DNA from: Minutocellus sp. GHC0000111
Lineage: Eukaryota
Reading direction: 5' to 3'
Assembly (NCBI GenBank): GCA_977018835.1
Contig: OZ361258.1
Span: forward strand, 1,612,001 to 1,676,000
DNA length: 64,000 nucleotides
The notes below the pieces were generated by a model. It was not told the DNA's origin and did no database searches. It was given only the letters and a program-made list of their open reading frames with translations. Within the stretch, counting starts at the first letter, position 1; each line of letters begins with the position of its first letter. The position numbers were made by a program, and so were the translations under genes. Shown in pieces: positions 47,871 through 57,301 of the stretch.

Positions 47871-48056
47871 TACCGGCATGCTGTCAGGTTCTCCATCCAT
47901 GTCTCGACGACATAATCAAGATATCTCGCTGGGCATTTGGTCGTGGCATGGAAACGGCTACGACGAGGGTGACGAGATACTATTGCCGGTGCGAAATAGC
48001 AAAAAGGATGAGCACATACATTTACATGCTGTGGTACATGTAGCATGTATATTGTG

Positions 48057-48083
48057 ACACACACACACACACACACACACACA
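48057..48083. repeat. (AC)n microsatellite
   Basis: Uninterrupted AC run of about 13 units. Confidence 0.95.
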
Positions 48084-48260
48084 TCTAGATCTATAATGCA
48101 GACATACGAGCCTCGTAGCTCTGTAGATCTACCGGTACCATGTAGTCCAAATGAATGATTTCGTGCATTAGATCTAGATCTACATTTATTAATATACAGA
48201 TGAATTCAGCACACATGTCTAGATCTAGATCTAATCCTAGCTAGGTAGTATTGTAGGTTA

Positions 48261-48737
48261 CAGTCCGTTCTCACCTATAAGCAATTGGTAATTGCTTAGG
48301 TGAGGGCTGAGATTTTGCTTTATGCTAAGCAATTTGAGGCCTCGTCGCTGGGCAATTGCTTAGTTTCAGAGCTGTTCCAGCAGTTTGCGTCATCTCGGAA
48401 ACAGCTGGAATGATGATGGAGATTACATCCCTCAGAATTTTGGCGAGGACGGAGTTTCATGCCTGTCCAAGGAAGACTTCGATACTCTTGCTACTGGCGA
48501 GGACATCGGCGTCAGTCTAAGCGCTTGGTCTGCTGTTAAGCTGGAGTGAGGAAATTTCGACCTTTGTTTGACTTTACTAGCTAATTGTTACTATGTGCAT
48601 ATAGCAATTTGATTTAGCATCTGCCACGTCATCGCTATTTAAGCAATTGCTTAGCCCAGAACCCAATTTTTTTGAAGTAGTAAGCAATTTGAGGGCTCGG
48701 GCCGAGAGCTCAATTGCTTGTAGGTGAGAACGGACTG
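48261..48737. mobile_element. Tc1/mariner-pogo-type MITE, 477 bp, TA TSD
   Basis: TA|CAGTCCGTTCTCACCTATAAGCAATTG ... CAATTGCTTGTAGGTGAGAACGGACTG|TA; 27-bp TIR with one mismatch; internal TAAGCAATT repeats. Confidence 0.92.
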
Positions 48738-48746
48738 TATTATATT

Positions 48747-48909
48747 ACCTAACTCGCCTACTAGTGACATTCTTTGCTGATTTGTAATATATTATATTTG
48801 CTGATTTGTAATATACTATATTACAAACCGGCAAAGAATGTCACTAGGATATAATATATTACAAATCAGCAATGAATGTCACTAGATCTAGCTAGTAGGC
48901 GAGTTAGGT
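48747..48909. repeat. Foldback mini-element
   Basis: ACCTAACTCGCCTACTAGTGACATTCTTTGCTGATTTGTAATATATTATAT pairs with the right arm ending TAGGCGAGTTAGGT; TTTGCTGATTTGTAATATA is internally duplicated. Confidence 0.85.
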
Positions 48910-48987
48910 GATCGTTGCTACAAAGACCATATATAATATGCACTTGTTTTAGCTAGCGTTTGTCTATGTTCAATATGTGTTCTAGAT

Positions 48988-50196
48988 CTACTCCCTCTTC
49001 TCGACATGAGATGATAGTGATGCACCCTCAATCCTCCTCCTCCTCTTGACAAGACGCCTTCGGTGCTCGTCGTCGCTGTCGTCCTCCTGGATGAGACGAG
49101 CGTTGAGCATGGTGGGGATGGGACCAAGGTCGGCAACAACAACGTCGTCGACGGTAGGAGTGGGCGCGGCTGACGTGGGTGCTTTGGTAGCAGTATCGGT
49201 AGTAGCAGGCCTAACCTTCTTGAAGGACATGGGGAAGGGATATCGGGCATTGATCTGCTCCAGGGTGAGGCCACGGGGACAGCCGTTGGCATTGGCGGGG
49301 GTAGCACTAGCAGCGACCTCGGGGTAGGCGGCGTAAAAGTCGTTGCGGCCGGTGGACAGTGCCACCTCCCTGGACCAACGAGTTACCTTGGAGCTGACGA
49401 GGGCAAGGTGGACGTCAGCGTCGATGGGGATGGTCGACGTGGGACGATTGGACAACGAGTCGGGTGACGACGATGACGAGGTAGTAAGGCGCCGGGCGCA
49501 CTCGAGGATGGCGCGCTGGGCCACGTAGTTGTTTCGTTGCCGTTCGAGGCTGATGCGATGCTCGAGGCCACGGTGACTGTCGTTAGGGGTGGTGTCATCG
49601 TCATCGCTGGAGGAGGAAGAGGCGGAATCGTCATCGGACGACGCGGCCGCCAGAGACGACGACGAAAGTAGCAACGATTGGCGACGGCGGCGGCGGTGGG
49701 CCTTGCTGTCCCTCCTGGCGGCCTTCTTGAAGCTCTCGAGGGTGTCGTGGTCGTACCAGAGCTCGTCCTTGCGCTCGTCGGTCATGGTCGAGGATGGGGT
49801 GATAGTCTCGACGACCGTGGCCGTCGAGAAGGCGACGGACTTTTGGTGGTTCGCAGCAGGCGGAGGAGATACCACCGTTGACGTGCGTCGTCGCTTGCGA
49901 CAGCAGCTGGTAATGTAGCAGCTCTCATTGGGCGTGGGGGCTGCTGCAGAAGTAGTAGCGCCGAGGCTGCTTGCCGACGAAGGAGCTGATGGTTCGGCTT
50001 CGGCTTCGGCTTTGAGATGGAAAGGCCTCGCAGCAGCACAACGGGCAATCGGAGAAATCATTGGGGAAGCCGACGTGAAAGTAGACGACGGTGATCGTGA
50101 TGTGCTGTTGCCACCGGCTGCTGCGGCTACATGGAGAAATGTGGCGGCGCTAGCAAATGTACGCGGCCGGCGATTGGTCTTCTTGGTTACGCACAT
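48988..50196 (-). CDS. Diatom 'RGLE'-motif family protein
   Basis: KSVAF..LWYDHDTLESFK..RGLEHRISLERQRN..ILECARRL..HLALVSSKVTRWSREVA..GRNDFYAAYPE. Confidence 0.85.
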   Translation of the reverse strand: MCVTKKTNRRPRTFASAATFLHVAAAAGGNSTSRSPSSTFTSASPMISPIARCAAARPFHLKAEAEAEPSAPSSASSLGATTSAAAPTPNESCYITSCCRKRRRTSTVVSPPPAANHQKSVAFSTATVVETITPSSTMTDERKDELWYDHDTLESFKKAARRDSKAHRRRRRQSLLLSSSSLAAASSDDDSASSSSSDDDDTTPNDSHRGLEHRISLERQRNNYVAQRAILECARRLTTSSSSSPDSLSNRPTSTIPIDADVHLALVSSKVTRWSREVALSTGRNDFYAAYPEVAASATPANANGCPRGLTLEQINARYPFPMSFKKVRPATTDTATKAPTSAAPTPTVDDVVVADLGPIPTMLNARLIQEDDSDDEHRRRLVKRRRRIEGASLSSHVEKRE

Positions 50197-51495
50197 GCTT
50201 GGCTGGTGTGGGTTCTTCTCGAATTCGGATTTATCGAATTGTGGTACAGAGTCCAGGACCGCAGAGGCTCTTCAGGCCTTGTGCAGCATTATTTCTCACA
50301 CAGACAGTTCGCTTTTCACCACGATCGATCGCTGTGCAGTCTTTGGATTGTCGTCGCAGGAGAGTTTTTGGCCTGTTCGATAAGGAATGATTTCCAAGGC
50401 CTGTTCTTTGGACGACGGGATTACTGTGGGATTAGATGACGATAAGAAACTCAAAACAGCACAAAAAGTCGGCACAATAAATACAGAACACGACGAAACC
50501 ACACAGAGAACCAGCTTCAAGTTGCATTATGTCTCCTCTTTTTTTGTCAGAGTTGTATCCGGGTTATTTTCCCGGCTTCTGATTTTCTCGCTCCCCACAG
50601 TTTTCGATCGAACGAGGCAGGACGCACGGACACGCATGGCAGCTTCGACTCTCTCAGAACTTCTCGGCGGCGCCATGAACCAGAAATGTTGCCACGATTT
50701 GATTTCGAGGCGACAGTCGCCCGCCAGCTGCTTGCCTGCATTTCTTCATAAAATGATAACATGCACGAGAGAGACATACTATGGTACTGAAGTAATCACG
50801 CAGCTCTTGCCTACAGTCGTAGTCACCACATCGAAGAATTTCCCTGCTGCCGAGCACGAATTCGACCTCGCTCATTGCCACACATCCTCACCTCATTGAA
50901 GTAGCAGCTACGAACCAAATCAATTCCATTTCCTTGATACAGAATACATTCACTCACTATGTACAGACAAGTCCAACTATCCTCTGGTCGATGTGGCTCT
51001 TCCACTGCTGCTGCCGCTGCTGCTGCCGCCTCGACTACTTTCCAGCTCAACAAGAATCACAGCGACTCCTGCACGTCCCATCGATCGCCGTCGTCTTCAA
51101 GGTCACCTCCGGCAGCAGACTCCTTCGCCACGTCTCGTTCGAATTCTGGCGGCAAGAAGCGCCGCAGAAATTCGGCGAGTCGGCGCGGCGGCAGTCCCAG
51201 TCATACGAGCAAGAGCCAAACATTTACCAGCAACTCCAAGCAACCAAACCAAAAGCAAAGAACATCATTTAAAAAGACATCCTCGCCCTCATCAACAGCA
51301 ACTCCACAAAGACGATCAAAGCGACCATCCCCTTCTTCCTCGTCATCATCGATATTTGTCCGTGAGGCCATCTTCATCATTCACTGCTCCCGGTCGTCCG
51401 CCTCCACCTCGACCCACACGAGCACGACCTCCATTGCATCAACTTCCACCCGGAGGCGAGGGAGGGGCACCATCCGTCGACACACCTCGCTGACC

Positions 51496-52590
51496 ATGGA
51501 GCTCACCACCATTCGTCCAGATCCACGTCGTCATAACTCGTCCACCATGTCTGTTCCATCCTCCTCCTTGGATGCTGTGGGCGTTGACAGCGACACTGGT
51601 GAAACTGATTGCAAGCGATGCAGCAGCCAGGAGGGTGCTGATACGGACATGGTTGCTGATATTTCGCGCAGACCTCGAAAGAGAGTGCACTTTGATACAG
51701 AGCCGCCCAAAGTATTTGACGACGTTGGCAGTGACTCGGCATCGTCCTCCTCGTCTTCGTCGACGTGGTACTCGCCCAGCGAGATGGATTCCTTCCGAGA
51801 GGTGGTACGTGAGGCCGGCAGGAAGGCGCACATTCACCAATTGGAACGATTGGCAGGAGGTCATCACGTACGACCCAGCAGTCCCCCTCCCATCAGGGAT
51901 GGCAGCGAGGACGAAGATGGTTACGAGGAGAAGAACGGTGGACGGACGACATCGCGTGGACTGGAATACCGCTCCTCCCTCGAGAGGCAGCGCAATCGTC
52001 TCATTGCCATCCGCGCCGTGCTGGAATGTCAGCGCCGGCTGCGTTCGGGGCAGCTCCCGGCCACCTGTCCCTCGTCGGCGGCCAATGTGTCGCCGGACGT
52101 CCATTTGGCCCTAATCTCAGCCAAGTGCACTCGCTGGGCACGGGAACTGGCGGCACTCATTGGTCGGCGGGACTTTTACGAGGCATATCCGGAATTTCGT
52201 TCCGAGCTGGACGACGACCCAATTCCTGACGTCAGCTCCTTGAATTGCCTCAAGCCCTTTCCCACCAGTCTCAAGAGGAGCATTAGTACCGGGATGGCCA
52301 CAGCTAGAACAGAAGCTCAGCAAAAGGCAGCGGCTGGCAATGTTTGCTCAGCCAAGTCGGATACGCCGATTGGATCTGACTCGTGCGCAACTCCTGCTCT
52401 CCTTACGGCAACGACAATTGCCGAGGAGCAGGACAGCGACGATGAGGCGCGACGACGACTGGGGGTTCCCACGAAGCGCCAATCTGGTCGCAAGAGACAG
52501 AGGGAAGATGGTGCCTCCGGCAGTAGCTGTGAGAGTGGCACTGGGGCCTCAGAAGCCCGATCGGCGGCAGCTGTCCTTGCTGGCTGCTAG
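51496..52590 (+). CDS. Diatom 'RGLE'-motif family protein; ORF is open from 50959, true start uncertain
   Basis: RKRVHF..WYSPSEMDSFR..RGLEYRSSLERQRN..VLECQRRL..HLALISAKCTRWARELA..GRRDFYEAYPE. Confidence 0.85.
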   Translation: MELTTIRPDPRRHNSSTMSVPSSSLDAVGVDSDTGETDCKRCSSQEGADTDMVADISRRPRKRVHFDTEPPKVFDDVGSDSASSSSSSSTWYSPSEMDSFREVVREAGRKAHIHQLERLAGGHHVRPSSPPPIRDGSEDEDGYEEKNGGRTTSRGLEYRSSLERQRNRLIAIRAVLECQRRLRSGQLPATCPSSAANVSPDVHLALISAKCTRWARELAALIGRRDFYEAYPEFRSELDDDPIPDVSSLNCLKPFPTSLKRSISTGMATARTEAQQKAAAGNVCSAKSDTPIGSDSCATPALLTATTIAEEQDSDDEARRRLGVPTKRQSGRKRQREDGASGSSCESGTGASEARSAAAVLAGC

Positions 52591-52785
52591 CACTAGCCAA
52601 CTCCGTCGGAGCACGGCAAGAATGCGTGTTACAATGCATTGCATAGATTATTGTAGATTAATAGAAAAATTTCCTTAGAACACAATTTCATGAAGTTAGC
52701 ATGTAATTGTTATATAGATTACATCCAAGTATCTATGAGGCTCGCATATTCAGCATTTGGTGACTGCACTCTGAAGGAATCGTTC

Positions 52786-53889
52786 CTACGGCACCGGCGC
52801 AACAGGTTTCCCAACCGCAGACAAACGTGCCGTTTGCAGATGAAGTAAGGATAAACTCATCGTTGCCGCCCATTTCACCTCTTTGAAGGCGCCCTCTGCG
52901 ACGGCTCGAGATATCTCATCCTCTCCCATGAAGAATATTTTTTGCGATTCATCGTCGCCTTCGCCCTGAAAAGTGGCCGTCCCTGCCCCTTCTTTCAGTG
53001 GAACGGCATTCTTGAGAAAATATGTGTAAATAAAGCCACCTCCACGGTTGGCCATCGTTCGATAGGATCCCAGAAAGACCCAATCTGCTTCCTCTACCGC
53101 CTCCACGGCACCACCTGCTAGCCCATTTGAATCCACCATAACATTCCCCCCTGGTCTCTTCTTGCCAATGAATTCTTCACCACTCTCCAACCTTTCTCGC
53201 GTCTTTGCCGATCCTAATCCAAGCTCTTCCAGTACTTCTCTCCTGGCAGCCTCAAATGGCGTTTCCCCATCGTCGATGAACCCTCCTACGGGGCTCAGCG
53301 TCTCACCAGGGATGGCATATTTGTGCTGTCGAAATACCGCAAATTTTCCGTCAGCAGTTTGTACCGCAACATTGACAGCATCTCGTTCTTCCATGAAAAT
53401 CCAGTCATTAATTACGCTCTTTCCATCCTCGCTACGGACAGAATGGACATCGCATCTAGCAAACGGTGTCTGACCCAGAGTAGTTTTGGACACTGTCCTC
53501 TCATTGGACCAATCTGGCCCGAGGTATTGAAGTGTTGGGTCCAGATATGGCTCATTATTGTTGGAAGGGGATGCCGACGTTCGAAGTCCCAGCACTGATG
53601 AACTTCCGCTACTACTGGTGCTACCGACTTTGTTCGATTGGTCGCCAGCGTCGAAGGTAGCATAAATTATTGCAATCAGCACTGCATGAGAGGGGCAAGT
53701 GAGAAAGAGAGAATGCATGAAAATGAGCGAATGAAAAAAAGGAACGCAGAATGTGTGGTATTATCGCTACCTTAATAAGTGCACAAAACCACTTCACTTA
53801 CATATCCCCAAAAGCCCAAAAATGACCATGGGACCACGCTTCACAGCCGCCTCGGCGAGGGCGTGGGAGTGGTATGGGTTGAGAGGCAT
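52786..53889 (-). CDS. Nudix hydrolase with N-terminal TM anchor; intron 53801-53682
   Basis: Nudix box 'GGFIDDGETPFEAARREVLEELG'; GTAAGT..TGCAG splicing gives TM 'MVIFGLLGILLIAIIYATF'. Confidence 0.85.
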
Positions 53890-54208
53890 CTTCTTGTGCC
53901 TTTGGTTACTTCGTTGGCGGTTTTGCGCCCCGCCAAGACGTGCTGCTTTGACTTGAGATTTATTTTCTTTCGGGCAAGCCAAGGAAGCACCAAACAGGCT
54001 GAAAGGCGCTTATCTCTACAACTTGCTTGTCGCCAACTGGAAAGCTACGTACAACGTTGTACCCTCTTCGCTGACGGTCTCCGTCTCCGTCACCGTCATC
54101 TTCTTTGCACAAATACTTGTGAATTACAAGGGGTCATTGGCGCAGTCAGAAATTAGCATTTTCGGGCCACTCCCGCATCAGCTCCCCCCTCTAAAATATT
54201 TAAAATTG

Positions 54209-54879
54209 ATGATTGGCGAAGATACGGCATTTTACGCCGACCGACCAGAACCATCCTTTCCTCTGCCGCAAACACCGCCTCGCGGGTGGCTGGTCGTCGC
54301 ACCGGCGGCCTCATCCGCACGGCTTTCATGGGCTGTGCCGATGCCGCACCGTCCGCGGTCGCTGCAACTGCCCTCGCCAGCCGATACCAGCCCGACATCA
54401 GCACGACCAACACCAGCACCCGCACGCCCGCACGGCGGAACATGACCGTTCTCTCCAAGCAGTCGGCCGAGGAATACAAGAACCTCAACTTCTCCGAGCG
54501 GGCCAAGAAGACCGGCCGACCGGTGTCGCCCCACGTTACCATCTACTCCTTCCCCATCGGTGCCCTCACCTCCATCGTCAACCGCGTGACGGGATGTGCT
54601 CAGTCCGTCGGAGCCGCCGGCCTTGGTGCCGCCGAACTCTTCGGAGGCAGTGGCACCGCCCTCGACCTCATGAGCACCATCGGTGCACAGGGAGGTGTCA
54701 TCGCGGCCGGGGCCAAGTTCAGCGTTGCGTTTCCCTTCGTGTATCATTACATCGATGGGCTCAGGCATTTGGCGTGGGATTCCATGCCCGACATGCTTAC
54801 AAATGCCGATGTGGACAAGGCCAGCTATGCTCTGGCGGGAAGTTCGGTTCTCATCAGTCTGGGCCTGGTCGTTGTTTAG
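54209..54879 (+). CDS. SDHC: Succinate dehydrogenase cytochrome b560 subunit; apparent 1-bp frameshift at ~54217
   Basis: 'RPVSPHVTIYSFP..SIVNRVTG' and 'HY..GLRHLAWD'. Presequence 'RYGILRRPTRTILSS' is one base out of frame with ATG 54209; an in-frame ATG exists at 54328. Confidence 0.9.
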
Positions 54880-55094
54880 TTAGAGGATGGAACAGATTAG
54901 ATTGCGCGCATATGCACATGCGTTGTCGGCGCTGGAAGGCGAATTGTGAGAGGGCGATGTTTTCGCCATGTAATATGAATGAATGGTAAAACTTAGATTT
55001 AGGTTGCATCAACATATAAATGCGTTGTGACTTTATAAATCAAATGGAGAAAGCCTAGCCTGCCTACAGTATTTTTCTAAATATTCTTAAATCA

Positions 55095-56775
55095 TTATCG
55101 AAGACCCAAGGCCTCCTTTTGCAACTGGAATCGCGCCTTTGCAGCCTCGTAGATTTTCAGATCAAGCTGGTTATGACGCAGGATCGTCTCCCTGGTCTCC
55201 TCGTCGGGTAATTCCCAGTGTTTATTGCCAGGCGCGCATCGATTGTTCTTGGGACTGGCGTTGGCGTGGGTGAGGGGGCAGGTTTTCGGCTCCGTGGTCG
55301 TGGTGGATGCGGCCGCCCTTCTTAGCTTTGTCCGGCGGGATGCACCGTCGTCGCCACCGTCTATTGCCATACCGAGCTCTTCTGCGGTGACCGATTCGGC
55401 CAGACACGGAAAGACCTTGCCCAGCATCTTGGCAAAGACTGGTAGCTCATCCGTGACGCCAACCAGAGTCACTCGGCTCTTGAGATTGAAGAGGGCTTCT
55501 TGTAACTTCTCCTCGTCGGTGCTCAAGCTCACACCGCCTGCATCATTCTCATCCCATGTATCGGTGAGCAGGTTGCGTGTCTCGTGATTGAGAAGCTGGG
55601 GGATGCAAACACCGCCGCATCCCTTCTCTCCACAAAATTCATCGAGCGTCCCCTCCTCGATGTGACGGAATATGTCCAATAGAGGGGTGCACTGGAAGCA
55701 GCTCTTGGTTTGAAAGCGGAACATGCTCCACACCCGATCGACGGGGTGGCGGATGACCGATACAATGTCCGCATCAAGCCAATCGAAGCGCGACATTTGG
55801 TGCAGAGGGGCGCAGTACTGCATGACCGAGGCCGACTCGATGCTGGATCGGCAAGATTGGGCCGACGTCGAGTTATCTTTGCCGATGCAAGTCAGGTAAT
55901 GGCTGTGAGAGCATTCCTCCAGGGAGTAAAAGGGCAGGACCCGACCCCTTCGGCTGCTACCACCCTCTGCTGCTGCTGTACCTGCATCTGTCTGCGTTTG
56001 TGTCTGCTGATACAACGTCCTGGCACGGCCGAGGGCACAATTTAACAAATGGTTGATGCTGGTCCCGCCGGTCTTCATGTGGTGCAGATGGGCAAACTGC
56101 TTGGTGGCGTTGGCATCGAAACTAAGCATCGATCGGGGTCGGAGCCGTTCTGCCATTTCCTGTATCTGAAATATCTGTTCCTCTTCGGTAATCGATTCGA
56201 CCACCGTGCTGAGCTCAAGCTGTGACGATTCAGACTTGAGTTCTGGACTGTATAGGCTTGGTTGAGGTGGTGCAACATCTTCGGCGTTTTCCGTCGTGAT
56301 GATGACCGCGGTGCTGGTCCAAATTCTCGTCGACAACATTGTCGTTGTCGTTGTCGGTGTCAGTGTCGGTGTCGGTGTCGACATCGTTGTCGGTGTCGTC
56401 CAGTCGCCGCCGCCAACGCCGGGGATGTGTCTGCTCCATATTATTGCTATTGTCTGCGTGCTCTCCAATCGTGTTTCCAGGTGCAGTGCTCGGACGGAAT
56501 AGCAGGCGGAGTTCTGCCACCTTTGCGGAATTCATCTCTCCCCGCCCCGAGAATGATGACACCGCCAAAATAACCGCGAGGAGGGCGGAAGCAGCGGCGG
56601 CAGTGGTGACACACATTCTCCTTCTATTCCTTAGTCGAATGGTGGTGCTCAAAATAATACTAGTACTGGGGTTGGGCTGCTGCTGTTGACGCAGTCGCAT
56701 TGTTTGGTCGTCGTTCGAGAAATTGGGGTGCGCTTGTGGTGCGGGGGAGCACGCCAGGGAGTCTGGCATTGTCAT
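55095..56775 (-). CDS. Type II membrane sulfotransferase (Sulfotransfer_2-like); frameshift at ~56291
   Basis: 5'-PSB 'HLHHMKTGGTS', 3'-PB 'IRHPVDRVWSMF', 'HNQLDLKIYE'; the TM and RRRL stem lie in ORF 56230..56775. Confidence 0.85.
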
Positions 56776-57301
56776 GGTTCAATTGAATGGCGTGCGGTGG
56801 GGAGACACTGCCCGTGCGTGGTGATGAGGGTATCGACGGTATCGATGCATCGATGTATCGATGGTATCGGTATGGTTAGGGGGGCTGTGGGCTTCAGGGC
56901 TGGGGCTCGAGCCGAGAGGCAAGTCGAGTCGAGTCGAGCGAGTCGAATAAATCCGCATAAGAAAACGGGATGCTTGGCTTGAGGCCTTTCTGAATCTCCG
57001 CACTCGGGATGTGCTTTTGTGCCATCGGCCTAAAATTCACACCACACACATATATGTCAAGACCAAACCGGCCGCACGCATCACGAATGCCATTTCCTCG
57101 AGCCACCTCACTCAATTAGACCGACCGGCCGACCGCATCGGAAAATAGAGTTACTCCGGAAGACGGTGCAGCAGAACAGGCAAATTGCGTGGGCATCGCA
57201 TCGCTTGGCTGGGGCGTATCCACTCGCCTTGATAATTGCGCCGCTTGCTTCTGATTTCCTTTTCTCCGAGCCGAGCGCGTGCATGCCGATGCCGGAAGAA
57301 T

